This document shows, one piece after another, positions 55,183-64,000 of a DNA stretch of 64,000 nt (within the stretch, counting starts at the first letter, position 1; each line of letters starts with the position of its first letter). The notes beneath the pieces were generated by a model. That model did not search any database, had not been told where the DNA came from, and saw nothing but the letters and a program-made list of their open reading frames with translations. The position numbers and the translations under genes are program-made. Origin of the DNA: a virus; the IMG/VR virus record IMGVR_UViG_3300045988_180880, positions 32,001-96,000 of that record; one strand, given 5' to 3'.

Positions 55183-56566
55183 GTTTCTGAGATTCCTCTT
55201 TTTCCTCAAGTTTAAAATTTCCTGCAGTACCATGTCCTAACGATAGTACTAACTTTACTGCCTCAGGACCTCTCATGTAGTAATATCCGTCTGGCGCAGG
55301 TTTTTCAGAATTTAAATTTTTACTAATACTTTTAGTAGAAATAACTGATTCCTTCTTTGCAGATGTAATTGAATTATATGCTCCAAGAACTCTTAATTTA
55401 TCTTTAGAAAATTTATATATTATATTCTCCATCTTTTTATGTAATTTCTCTTTGTCTCCAAGTTTAATACAAATATATTTTGTAGAAATTACATTACTAC
55501 TTAATAACCTATCTACTCTGGATCTTTTAATATTGTCTTTTCCAACTAGTTTCTGGATATCTCTCGAAAAACCAAAATTTAAAAAGTCTCCATATAGATC
55601 TGCTAATACTATTTTTTCTGATAATTTTTCCAGAGTATTTACATTATTCATATTTCCTTTTTGATCAGTAACTCTAAGATTAGAAAAACTATTATCTGTT
55701 TTTATTGTATTAATGTGATCAATTATTTCTCCCTTTTTTAAATTTCTTCTTAAGAGATATTCCATAATAACTGTATGCGCTTTAGTACTATTACTATCAA
55801 CTATAATATATCCTTTATTATTAAGTGTTCCTATTAATTTATTAAATCTATTTGATTTAATAAATCCTTCACTACACACAGACCATTGAGGATATTTCCA
55901 GTGTTCATACCAAGTATAGTCATCTAAGTTTCCAGAAAATCCTATAAGATCAAAAAACTTTTGATTATTTAATGATTCTTGTCGTTTCCAATAATATCCT
56001 TTATAGCTATATTGACTTTTTTTAGCAATCGAAGAAATGTAACGTATATCATATCCTTTACTATCTAAAGAATCTATTGTAAATAATTCATTTCCCTTTT
56101 TATCCATTGCAGTATATTTAATTCGTTTATCTTTATGAACTGGTAAGCGTCTATCTGGACTATTATTTTCACTTTTAGTAACCCATTCTAAGTTAGATAG
56201 GTTATTATTTCTTGGATTATGATCTATATGATTAACTATATTATATATTTTTGGTTCTGAATTATTATAGAAAATGGTAGCCATTATTATATGAATAGAT
56301 TTTGCTTTTCTTTTATGCTTTTCTATATATTGTGGAGAGATTGTAGTATATCCAAATTCATCTTGTTGTTGTTTTAATAGTTGTTTAGTGTATTTATTTC
56401 TAACTTCAGATTTTTTATTAATCTCATATATATCCTTAATACCTGGATATACTAATGGAATAAATTCATAGTCAGGGAGATCTGGATATTTTTGATCTTG
56501 GCGATTAAATGGTTTTTCTTTACACATAACAAAAATAGTTTCTAAATTAAACATCTTTTTCATCAC
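55178..56566 (-). CDS. free-standing HNH endonuclease (two HNH_3-like modules)
   Basis: NHIDHNPRNNNLSNLEWVTKSEN and IDHINTIKTDNSFSNLRVTDQKGN. Confidence 0.6.
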   Translation of the reverse strand: MMKKMFNLETIFVMCKEKPFNRQDQKYPDLPDYEFIPLVYPGIKDIYEINKKSEVRNKYTKQLLKQQQDEFGYTTISPQYIEKHKRKAKSIHIIMATIFYNNSEPKIYNIVNHIDHNPRNNNLSNLEWVTKSENNSPDRRLPVHKDKRIKYTAMDKKGNELFTIDSLDSKGYDIRYISSIAKKSQYSYKGYYWKRQESLNNQKFFDLIGFSGNLDDYTWYEHWKYPQWSVCSEGFIKSNRFNKLIGTLNNKGYIIVDSNSTKAHTVIMEYLLRRNLKKGEIIDHINTIKTDNSFSNLRVTDQKGNMNNVNTLEKLSEKIVLADLYGDFLNFGFSRDIQKLVGKDNIKRSRVDRLLSSNVISTKYICIKLGDKEKLHKKMENIIYKFSKDKLRVLGAYNSITSAKKESVISTKSISKNLNSEKPAPDGYYYMRGPEAVKLVLSLGHGTAGNFKLEEKEESQKP

Positions 56567-56639
56567 ACATATAAGAGAAAAAACTTAAATTTTACGTGTT
56601 TTGTAAGTTTCAAGTTTTAATAATATAAAATTCAAGTAT

Positions 56640-56678
56640 ATAAAAATAAGAGAGGTAGAAAATGTATCTAACCTCTCT
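56640..56678 (-). terminator. rho-independent terminator
   Basis: agagaggt / acctctct 8-bp stem; T-run on minus strand. Confidence 0.6.
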
Positions 56679-56686
56679 ATGTTATT

Positions 56687-56866
56687 TTACATAAAAATAT
56701 CTTGACCATTGATCTGTATTCTTATGTTTCCGAAGGGATTGCCTCCGATTATGCCGCTAGTTCCAGGGATTTCTTCAGGGATCACCTCTTCTATGACATT
56801 TTCATCATTAGTAATGATAGTTGGTAATTTTTCTTCGTCGACTGATTCTATTATTTCCTCTTCCAT
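56687..56866 (-). CDS. acidic hypothetical protein (59 aa)
   Basis: MEEEIIESVDEEKLPTIITNDENVIEEV...; co-oriented with neighbours; preferred over + ORF 56709..56897. Confidence 0.45.
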   Translation of the reverse strand: MEEEIIESVDEEKLPTIITNDENVIEEVIPEEIPGTSGIIGGNPFGNIRIQINGQDIFM

Positions 56867-56879
56867 AATTTATTCTCTA

Positions 56880-57383
56880 TTAAAACAATCCAAGTAAGTT
56901 AGTAATATCTCCTATATCTGTATTACTAATTTTTGTTCCTTCTACTTCTACTACTTCACCTTCTTGATTTACATATCTAGTGCCAGGGAAGACTATTTCT
57001 TTTTTCTGAATAGCTGCCTTGTACTCATAATTTTCAGTAGATTCTTTAAGTTTTTTTACCCAGTATTTAGCATAATCACCTTCTACTGCATCAGGATCAT
57101 ATGGTTCTTCAAATAATCCTTCTTTTGGTTGAGGGCATTCCATTTTTACTTTAATAACTGAGTCTTCATTTTCAGTATCAGTCATTTCATATTCCCAATA
57201 AAAGTAGTTTTTCTTTTTATTACTTTTATATGTACCTTCTGTCTTAAGGTCATCCCATATATTTTTAATAAGCTCCACAATATTAGTAGTACTTGCTTGT
57301 CCTGGAGTTAATAAAATCTGTTCTTGAACTAAAGCATTTTCAATAATAAATGCTTGTCCTTTAATTATTTTTGATTTACTCAT
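56880..57383 (-). CDS. hypothetical protein
   Basis: ORF track. Confidence 0.5.
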   Translation of the reverse strand: MSKSKIIKGQAFIIENALVQEQILLTPGQASTTNIVELIKNIWDDLKTEGTYKSNKKKNYFYWEYEMTDTENEDSVIKVKMECPQPKEGLFEEPYDPDAVEGDYAKYWVKKLKESTENYEYKAAIQKKEIVFPGTRYVNQEGEVVEVEGTKISNTDIGDITNLLGLF

Positions 57384-57401
57384 TGTTTATCAATTTTTTA
57401 T

Positions 57402-57506
57402 TTATTTATTTTCAGGTTCAAATTCCCAAGCTCTTCCATGACCTTGAGATAATATTAATTCAACTGCTTTATCTCCCCTATAACTTTTATGAAACAATAA
57501 AAGAAC
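57402..57506 (-). pseudogene. remnant of an HNH-endonuclease C-terminus
   Basis: stop-bounded frame VLLLFHKSYRGDKAVELILSQGHGRAWEFEPENK* aligns with YYYMRGPEAVKLVLSLGHGTAGNFKLEEK at the end of 55178..56566 (~13/24 identical); no start codon. Confidence 0.5.
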
Positions 57507-57595
57507 ACTAGATCGATCTATAAATATTTCTTTTATAAATTTTTCTAATGTTCTTTCATATATTAGGTTTTAACCTTTCTCTAAGTGCATTTTTA

Positions 57596-58633
57596 TCATT
57601 TCATATTATCACTAGCTACTTTTTCAGCTAATCTTAAGTATGATATGCAATTATAGTATTCCGAGTCTTCCTCTGGATATACTATTTCAGATACACTAAA
57701 TATTTTATCTACTTCTTTTTCTACTTCAGGATCATGGAGATATTTTTTCATAAAATAACTTAATCCTCCTAAAACAATAATACCATCATCTAAAGCATCA
57801 AGTACCTCTCCATAATTTTTATCTAAATATTGAAAAACTTCGATAATATATTTTTTTGAAAACTCTTCAACTTGTCTAGATAAATCTATTGTTTTTCCTC
57901 TGCGTTTTAAAACTCCAGTATCTAAAATTACTTGGCCTTCTTTAATTGAAATTGATATCGAATAATTTTTATATAGATAATCAACGAGATCGTAAACTAT
58001 TCTAATTACGCCAGAATCTTTTACTCCTACAGCAGCACCTGCTGAAGAAGTACCGTTGATAATACTACAGAAATCTAAAGTTTCAAATCCTCCATCAAGT
58101 ATTAATGCATTTCTTAACTTAACATCATTACGTCTAGAAGCTTCACGAACATTTAACCCATATTCATTATAGGTATATTTACATGATAAGCCTTGGCAAA
58201 AACAATATATATAATCTTCTTTATTTATATTTAATGTTTCATATAAATAATCTAATAATTCATCTACGTTATCATTGGTATTAAAAGCCATTGATAAACC
58301 AATAGCTAATTTATCAAATGCATTTATTCCTTCATCTCCGCCATATTTTTTTATTAAATATGACAACCATGGGGCATAAACTGCTTTTAAATCTTCAAAA
58401 GTTTCGAGTTTAAGTAAATAAGATCTAGGTACTTTTAATGCTGCAGGTCCTAATACATAATAATCCCCTCCTAATGGAAATACCATATCATCATCACTTT
58501 CAAGTGGTTTTTCAGGGAGTTTTGCTGTTGCACTAATAAACTTTTCAAATTTTATTAAACCGTTGGAATCCTTAAAAGAACACTTAATAGCAGAGAAACC
58601 AACATCAACACTTAAAATTCTCAAATTGCTCAT
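57596..58633 (-). CDS. actin-like (ParM/Alp family) ATPase
   Basis: LSVDVGFSAIK (phosphate-1) and LILDGGFETLDF (phosphate-2) at ASKHA-fold spacing; VLGG near the C-terminus. Confidence 0.55.
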   Translation of the reverse strand: MSNLRILSVDVGFSAIKCSFKDSNGLIKFEKFISATAKLPEKPLESDDDMVFPLGGDYYVLGPAALKVPRSYLLKLETFEDLKAVYAPWLSYLIKKYGGDEGINAFDKLAIGLSMAFNTNDNVDELLDYLYETLNINKEDYIYCFCQGLSCKYTYNEYGLNVREASRRNDVKLRNALILDGGFETLDFCSIINGTSSAGAAVGVKDSGVIRIVYDLVDYLYKNYSISISIKEGQVILDTGVLKRRGKTIDLSRQVEEFSKKYIIEVFQYLDKNYGEVLDALDDGIIVLGGLSYFMKKYLHDPEVEKEVDKIFSVSEIVYPEEDSEYYNCISYLRLAEKVASDNMK

Positions 58634-59037
58634 CTTTTATAATTTTCTAAAATTTGTTCGTAAGCCTTTATTATATTCTTATCAACTTTATACTTTTTAA
58701 GATCTCCTAGAACAGTATTAGTTAGGTAATCAAATGGTACATGTGGGAGAAGTGCAGTATATCCAGATGTAACCATACCAACTGAAAAGTGTTCTGTTGG
58801 TTGATTAAGTGCTACTATAACAATCTGAGTTAATCCTGACTCTCCCGTAGTATCTTTATAAGCAAATACTAAATCTCCAGCGAGTAATGAACTATGAATA
58901 CTAGCCCATAAATCATTTGCTACAGACATTGCATTATCCCATCCCCATACTCTTCTTTTCTCTAGAAATTCATAATCTTTTTCCGACATTTTTTCACTCT
59001 CCATCGGATTCGAGTTTTTCTTTGTCTTTTCCATCAC
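58630..59037 (-). CDS. hypothetical protein
   Basis: ORF track; coupled to the actin-like gene. Confidence 0.5.
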   Translation of the reverse strand: MMEKTKKNSNPMESEKMSEKDYEFLEKRRVWGWDNAMSVANDLWASIHSSLLAGDLVFAYKDTTGESGLTQIVIVALNQPTEHFSVGMVTSGYTALLPHVPFDYLTNTVLGDLKKYKVDKNIIKAYEQILENYKR

Positions 59038-59437
59038 TTAAAATATAAATTAGTATATAATAATAATCTGCTTCTTCACAATCAACTTCTTGAATTCCAA
59101 CTACATCAATATTAGAATAATCTCCCCAGATCTTTACTACTTTTGACAATGACCCTAGAATATGTGCTAAATATTCAGGAGTATCTTGATATTTTCTGGC
59201 TTCGAATAGAATATTATAATAAATCCATTCACCAGCTTCTCGATTTCTTTTCTTTGTTTCTAAAAATCTCAATCCTATTCCTGGAGTTTTATCTATATAA
59301 TCATATTCTAAGATTCGTTGGGTTAATTGATTTTGAATTTCTAATCTAGTATTTCCTTTTAATCCAAGAAGTCGTTTTATATCGTTATTGTATTCCGGAA
59401 CTGCCATAACCTGATCCTCCTCGTTCTGTTTCATCAA
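58994..59437 (-). CDS. hypothetical protein
   Basis: ORF track; true start may be the internal Met (MAVPEY). Confidence 0.45.
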   Translation of the reverse strand: MMKQNEEDQVMAVPEYNNDIKRLLGLKGNTRLEIQNQLTQRILEYDYIDKTPGIGLRFLETKKRNREAGEWIYYNILFEARKYQDTPEYLAHILGSLSKVVKIWGDYSNIDVVGIQEVDCEEADYYYILIYILSDGKDKEKLESDGE

Positions 59438-59816
59438 GTTTACTAACTTCCTCTAATTCCATATGAGTTACTTCTGCACAAACCATCTGAGCAATTCTTT
59501 CTCCATGTTCTACAGTTACCTCTACAGGACTAAGATTAACTAAAATTACTCCAATTTCTCCTCTATAGTTTGAATCTATAGTGGCTGGTCCATTTAAAAC
59601 TCCTAATCCTTTTTTTAAGGCTTCTCCAGATCTAGCTCTAACTTGGATTTCAGTTCTAGGGGGAAGTTGAACATATATGCCTGTAGGAACTAATTTTCTT
59701 TCTAACGGTTTTAATGTAAATTCTTCACCGATATTTCTAAGGTCCATTCCAGAATCTCCAGGCTTTGCATAACTTGGAAGTGGAAATTTTGATTTATTAA
59801 TAATTTTTACAACCAT
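59385..59816 (-). CDS. dut: dUTP diphosphatase
   Basis: GDSGMDLR, ARSGEALK, GPATIDSNYRGEIGVILVN, GERIAQMV, ERGGSGYGSSG: all five dUTPase motifs. Confidence 0.9.
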   Translation of the reverse strand: MVVKIINKSKFPLPSYAKPGDSGMDLRNIGEEFTLKPLERKLVPTGIYVQLPPRTEIQVRARSGEALKKGLGVLNGPATIDSNYRGEIGVILVNLSPVEVTVEHGERIAQMVCAEVTHMELEEVSKLDETERGGSGYGSSGIQ

Positions 59817-60337
59817 GATACTGTATTACTATAAAATGTTTTATTACCTATACCTAAAAAATGTTTTTGTTCACGAGAATCAGTATATACATTTACATCC
59901 CCAATAAAGTCTTTAATAATTGTATAACACCAATCTCCATGTTCTACTAAAAAATCTGGCTTATATTTTAAAACTTCGTCAAGATAAAATACTCCAAAAG
60001 TCCCAGAATCTACACAATATCTTCCAATAGTTTCCCTCTGATTAACTAATTTTTCAAGATTAATCTGATTTTCAATTGAAGGATTATCGTAAAGATTATA
60101 GTAAGCTTCTTCAATATCATCTATGAATTTTTCAAGCTCAAGTAAGCCAAGAATATTTTTTAGTTTTGATACTTTCCATCTTCCATCTCCAACTCCAGTA
60201 TCTTCCCAAATATAATTATCAGAGAATCCTACTTCTTCCGAGATAGTCATATTATTATAATTAAATCCGTTTCCCCAATCCTTATTTTCTGCAATATAGC
60301 AGGGATCTGTGATAATAATCGTTCCGTTAAAATTCAT
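59807..60337 (-). CDS. hypothetical protein
   Basis: ORF track. Confidence 0.5.
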   Translation of the reverse strand: MNFNGTIIITDPCYIAENKDWGNGFNYNNMTISEEVGFSDNYIWEDTGVGDGRWKVSKLKNILGLLELEKFIDDIEEAYYNLYDNPSIENQINLEKLVNQRETIGRYCVDSGTFGVFYLDEVLKYKPDFLVEHGDWCYTIIKDFIGDVNVYTDSREQKHFLGIGNKTFYSNTVSWL

Positions 60338-60777
60338 AATTTATACTTTTTTCTTGTTCTAAACTTAAATAACCAAGATGTTCCAGAAATAAACTTTACT
60401 TGTCCAATTACATCAGGTCCTTTATACATTTCATTAATATTAGTTGAATAAACATTAAATCCATAGTTTTCAGGGCCAAGACAAGTTCTAGGTTTTATCA
60501 ATTCTCCAGATGCTATTAAAGATTGAAGAGTTGACATTAGATAATCATAATCTTCTGGTAATAGATAAGTCGGTTTTTCTAAGTCCTCCAGTGCTAAACA
60601 ATAATAAACTGGGAGACCTAGATATACCGTTTTTCCTTTCTGTTCAAATATAAGTAATCTAGTTTCTTTTTCATATCTTACTTTAATTGGAATCGGAAAG
60701 TTTGTTTTTACTGTATTATCAGAAAACTCTACTAAGGAATTATATATTTCTAGAATATCATTTTGTAGAGTAGTCAT
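60334..60777 (-). CDS. hypothetical protein
   Basis: ORF track. Confidence 0.5.
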   Translation of the reverse strand: MTTLQNDILEIYNSLVEFSDNTVKTNFPIPIKVRYEKETRLLIFEQKGKTVYLGLPVYYCLALEDLEKPTYLLPEDYDYLMSTLQSLIASGELIKPRTCLGPENYGFNVYSTNINEMYKGPDVIGQVKFISGTSWLFKFRTRKKYKL

Positions 60778-60782
60778 TGTAA

Positions 60783-61406
60783 TTAATCTTCAGAAGTTGC
60801 ACAAAATACTTTAATACCCATCTGATCTAAAAGATTATAGATCTGAGTAGTAATAGCTGGTGATACAGATCCAGTAGTATTCTTAATTTTATCCATATTA
60901 TTTAACAATAATGTAAATGGATTTTTAACACCACTTAATTTATTAGGATCAAACAAACCAGACTGTTCTACAATCTGCCTAAGGATAGCTGGAATTTCAA
61001 GACCTTCACCAGGAATAATTTTAGTTGCAGTTGGGTAATCATATTGCATAAAGTTGTAATCGATTACATTCCACTCTACTACATCACCTGTCGGGATACC
61101 GGTTGCATTTTCTTCATCATCAGCTACATTTTGAATCTGAACAAGATAACCAACTTGAGCTAACCAATAATTAATGCAAGAAAAATCCTTAGTACTCATT
61201 GTAGTTTCTGAATTAATAAAGCTTACTAATTCAGCGTTACCAATACTATTTTCGAAATTTGCTAAATTATTCTTTAAAAAACCCTTAACAAATTCCATAA
61301 CACTTACGCCCATACCTTCTTTATCAAAACGGCTACGAGCAACACAACGGCCTACCATAGAATTCATTTCTTGGGCCGGAATAGAATACAAATTTACTTC
61401 AATCAT
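60783..61406 (-). CDS. hypothetical protein
   Basis: ORF track. Confidence 0.5.
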   Translation of the reverse strand: MIEVNLYSIPAQEMNSMVGRCVARSRFDKEGMGVSVMEFVKGFLKNNLANFENSIGNAELVSFINSETTMSTKDFSCINYWLAQVGYLVQIQNVADDEENATGIPTGDVVEWNVIDYNFMQYDYPTATKIIPGEGLEIPAILRQIVEQSGLFDPNKLSGVKNPFTLLLNNMDKIKNTTGSVSPAITTQIYNLLDQMGIKVFCATSED

Positions 61407-61418
61407 TTTAATGTTATT

Positions 61419-61820
61419 TTATATAATATTTAATTCGGGGCTATCAACTAATAAGAAAATAGCCCATAAACGCTCTTCAATCAGACCTGACTCAAACAAT
61501 TCTTTTTCAGATGTAGTAAAATCTCCAACAGTTAAGATAGCTTTATATATTTCTATAAAATCTATCTCCTTACCATTTTTCCAAGATATATACTGATCAA
61601 CTAACCAAGATTCGAAGGGTGCATTATTCATTTGCTGATAATCAAGAATAATAAATTCATTAATTCCAAATGCATCCTTAAGGAGTTGAAAAATATCTGA
61701 AATTCTTGCTCGGTAGGAATATTTAGATACTAAGATTTTATATACTGCTTTCACTGTATCAGTATAATCTGTATCATTTCTTGTTTTTATATAATTTTTT
61801 CTTTGCTCTAAATCAAACAT
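61419..61820 (-). CDS. hypothetical protein
   Basis: ORF track. Confidence 0.5.
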   Translation of the reverse strand: MFDLEQRKNYIKTRNDTDYTDTVKAVYKILVSKYSYRARISDIFQLLKDAFGINEFIILDYQQMNNAPFESWLVDQYISWKNGKEIDFIEIYKAILTVGDFTTSEKELFESGLIEERLWAIFLLVDSPELNII

Positions 61821-62310
61821 TTTCTATCTCTACTTCTAATGGAAATAATCTCTTAATTTCAAACAGTTTTAAATATTTATCATTATATTGATCCATAAAA
61901 TCTTTCACTTCTTTATAATGATCAAATACCCAATTTCCATTAAGACTATTTAATACCTTTGATTTATCTTCAAGTTGAAATAGGTAAGTTTCAATAGTAA
62001 TATCATTTCCTGAACCGTGATAGGATTTAGGAGTACTACTTATCCTTTCAATATCAAATATATCTCCCCAAATTGGATCTCTCCAATCTATATCGAGTAC
62101 GTAAAATATTAATTCTCGAAGAAAAGATAATTCGAATAATTTATTAAATGAGTTTCCTGATCCTTTCCATTCATACTTAAAAGAGTTAACTTTATCTTCC
62201 AAGCCCCAAGATTTTATTAAGTCTAAGAGTTCAAGATAAAGTCTATTCCATTCTTCTTTTGGTTTTTCTACAATTATTGCTTCTTGTTTAAATTCCAATA
62301 GACTTTTCAT
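61813..62310 (-). CDS. hypothetical protein
   Basis: ORF track. Confidence 0.5.
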   Translation of the reverse strand: MKSLLEFKQEAIIVEKPKEEWNRLYLELLDLIKSWGLEDKVNSFKYEWKGSGNSFNKLFELSFLRELIFYVLDIDWRDPIWGDIFDIERISSTPKSYHGSGNDITIETYLFQLEDKSKVLNSLNGNWVFDHYKEVKDFMDQYNDKYLKLFEIKRLFPLEVEIENV

Positions 62311-63811
62311 AATAACTTCTTAAGATTGTATAACTTGCTTTCCAAACTAAATCTAAATTTCTCACTTGTAAATCTGTTTTAAGGTAAGATCTTAATTGAT
62401 TATAGTAACTATTAGGATCATTTCTTTCAACACTTCCCAACAATTGATCTATATTAATCCCAGTACTTTCCCACTTAAATCGATCTATAACAAGTAATTT
62501 ATTAAGATCTAGTTGTTGTTTAATATTACTAAGAGATCCTATATAATTATTCATTCGATCTAGTCTTTCAGTACACATAGGATTTCCACATTTCAAAAGA
62601 CTTCCATAAACATCTTTTTCTGACAAATTATAACCACAGCTACAAGTTGGCCACATAAAATCTCCATTACCTTCAGTAAAAGAATCCCCTACCATTGGAA
62701 TAGTTGAATTAGCCATAATAATACTTACTATTGCTCCAGGGGTAATTTTCTTTTTTACCATTTTTCCCACACTTCCAGCACTTGGTTTTCTTACTGTACA
62801 TCCTTTTACTTGAATTGGATCGATTAGAATATTAGCTGACCAAGAATCTTTTCCTTTAGCTACTTGAGAATTCCATTGTATACCTCTTACTGTAGTTTTT
62901 AAAGCTTCAGTTCCTGATCCAGCACCAGCAAATTTTAAGGCGCCGAGACATATTCCAAATTCATCATATACTACCCAACCATCATTTAAGAAGTAACCAG
63001 TTGAAGTAACTGTTTTATCTGTTTCTGTATATTCTTTATTTCCGGCGCTCATAAGTTCTTCTATAGTCCATACATCGGCAGGGGAAAATAAGATATGTCC
63101 ATCAGTTTTTGAACATACAGTTTCAAACATTTTTAAAACTTCACGATAGTCTGTTTTTCTTAGTATTTGTCCTTCTATTGAATCATCAGTATAATATCTA
63201 TAAGCTCTAAGAGTTAATAAATTATTTACCTCAGATTCACAATACTTAGAATTTATTAGTCCATTGGCTCTTTGTCTAGCAGTTTCAGGATCAGTATCAG
63301 AAAGTCGATTAATGTCAACTAATGCCTCTGCCTGAATTGCTACTATACCTTTCGGAAATCTTTTTGGAAGGAAGTTTATTAATTTCCAAGTTTGATCTAC
63401 CCCATAGTTATCCAAATTTAAATTTCCGACTGTAACTATTCTTTTTGGAATACCAGTTGAAGAATCTAAATAAATTGCTATACTAGATCCATCATACTTT
63501 AGATCACAGTATTTTCCAGAGTTTTCATTCATAAACTCTGAAAGAGCACTTAACATAGTTTTTTCTTCAACTTTTTTCTTTTTAATTTTTTCTATATAAG
63601 AATTTTTTGTCTTAGTTCCTTTTAAGTATGTTTGATAAACATAATCTCTGACAAAAAATCCATCTTCTTGCGCTGCTCTAGCTTCTAACATATCATATAC
63701 AGCATCATCCATTCCGGTAGGTACTGAATCAATATAATAGTTTTTACATGCAAGAATAAGGTCTTTCCATTTTTCTAATGATTTTTCTGTAATATTATTT
63801 GTAACGCACAT
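62288..63811 (-). CDS. ligA: NAD+-dependent-type DNA ligase (compact)
   Basis: LigA-like N-terminus (YY.D.P..DD.YD.L), adenylation KxDG as DLKYDGSS, C-terminal Cys4 cluster CSCG...CGNPMC. Confidence 0.6.
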   Translation of the reverse strand: MCVTNNITEKSLEKWKDLILACKNYYIDSVPTGMDDAVYDMLEARAAQEDGFFVRDYVYQTYLKGTKTKNSYIEKIKKKKVEEKTMLSALSEFMNENSGKYCDLKYDGSSIAIYLDSSTGIPKRIVTVGNLNLDNYGVDQTWKLINFLPKRFPKGIVAIQAEALVDINRLSDTDPETARQRANGLINSKYCESEVNNLLTLRAYRYYTDDSIEGQILRKTDYREVLKMFETVCSKTDGHILFSPADVWTIEELMSAGNKEYTETDKTVTSTGYFLNDGWVVYDEFGICLGALKFAGAGSGTEALKTTVRGIQWNSQVAKGKDSWSANILIDPIQVKGCTVRKPSAGSVGKMVKKKITPGAIVSIIMANSTIPMVGDSFTEGNGDFMWPTCSCGYNLSEKDVYGSLLKCGNPMCTERLDRMNNYIGSLSNIKQQLDLNKLLVIDRFKWESTGINIDQLLGSVERNDPNSYYNQLRSYLKTDLQVRNLDLVWKASYTILRSYYEKSIGI

Positions 63812-63815
63812 AAGT

Positions 63816-64000
63816 TTATTTATTTTTTAATAGCCATCCAATCATTATATCTTGGACTTCTGAGTCAAACATTTCTTTAATATTACTAAAGTCATCTTCT
63901 GGTATAAAAGATGAATTAGGTTTTATTGCAACTTCATATTCAACTTCTCGACGATCAGAATATCTAGTAATTATCTTATATCCAAGTTTTACTAAAAATT
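63816..64000 (-). CDS. hypothetical protein, C-terminal part (5' end beyond window)
   Basis: open minus frame ..YEVAIKPNSSFIPEDDFSNIKEMFDSEVQDIMIGWLLKNK*, stop 63816-63818, 4 nt before the ligase start. Confidence 0.4.
   Translation of the reverse strand, partial: FLVKLGYKIITRYSDRREVEYEVAIKPNSSFIPEDDFSNIKEMFDSEVQDIMIGWLLKNK

Noticed and set aside
56566-56584. Promoter motif (sense gttttttctcttatatgtg) abutting the annotated start of the HNH gene 55178..56566
   Set aside because: It would leave no 5' leader. Either the true start is an internal Met or the match is fortuitous, so I did not annotate it as a feature.
57557-57575. catatattaggttttaacc as another minus-strand promoter motif
   Set aside because: The core is altered (CTAATATATG instead of CTTATWWRTG) and no intact ORF follows before the pseudogene remnant. 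It is too weak to annotate.
1512-61596. Antisense or overlapping ORF-track entries: 1512..1784, 5772..5960, 6982..7173, 7701..7898, 9152..9502, 9221..9469, 11979..12230, 18263..18592, 22614..22880, 23651..23935, 27447..27638, 29426..29632, 29872..30108, 30244..30483, 31053..31271, 31410..31673, 37432..37620, 43163..43420, 43893..44075, 46134..46415, 46318..46641, 49786..49971, 50031..50237, 54235..54438, 55452..55664, 56709..56897, 59143..59349, 61174..61596
   Set aside because: Each lies inside or opposite a longer, motif-bearing or context-consistent gene or an intron. Their compositions are low-complexity (F/L/I/S-rich), as expected for antisense frames of AT-rich DNA.

Overview
Visibly AT-rich (roughly 70% A+T by eye), tightly packed segment of a large virulent dsDNA phage with jumbo-phage-like gene content. 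The standard genetic code fits. Layout:
- Short + block, 0-4.4 kb.
- Long - block, 4.6-17.5 kb: AAA+ ATPase, paralog families, rtcB.
- + block of small genes, 17.6-21.9 kb.
- - block, 22-26.9 kb: Tpt1/KptA, NMNAT.
- + block, 27-53.6 kb: small genes in promoter/terminator cassettes, 3D-domain protein, SF2 helicase, a multisubunit-type RNA polymerase beta'/beta gene pair, 2H phosphoesterase.
- - block, 53.6-64 kb: 2 tRNAs, HNH nuclease, actin/ParM-like ATPase, dUTPase, NAD-type DNA ligase.
The outstanding feature is ribozyme load. I can reconstruct 18 group I introns by hand: 10 in the beta' gene, 7 in the beta gene and 1 in rtcB, which also carries an intein. Each has a U.G wobble in P1 and a terminal G. 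Conceptual splicing gives uninterrupted frames of 1117 aa (beta') and 1058 aa (beta) and rebuilds universally conserved RNAP motifs. Exons are as small as 14 and 15 nt. The RNAP introns fall into two structural families: a classical P/Q/R/S type, five of which carry endonuclease ORFs, and a compact ~190-208 nt ORF-less type present in 4 copies. Other points of note:
- A canonical type III hammerhead ribozyme motif at 4443-4515.
- A dispersed RNA-repair/NAD toolkit: RtcB, Tpt1, NMNAT, 2H phosphoesterase, EndoV-like.
- A recurrent phage promoter motif (core CTTATWWRTG), often fused to upstream terminators.
- Several ORF-free structured regions.
All coordinates and structures come from manual reading. 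Nothing was searched against databases.
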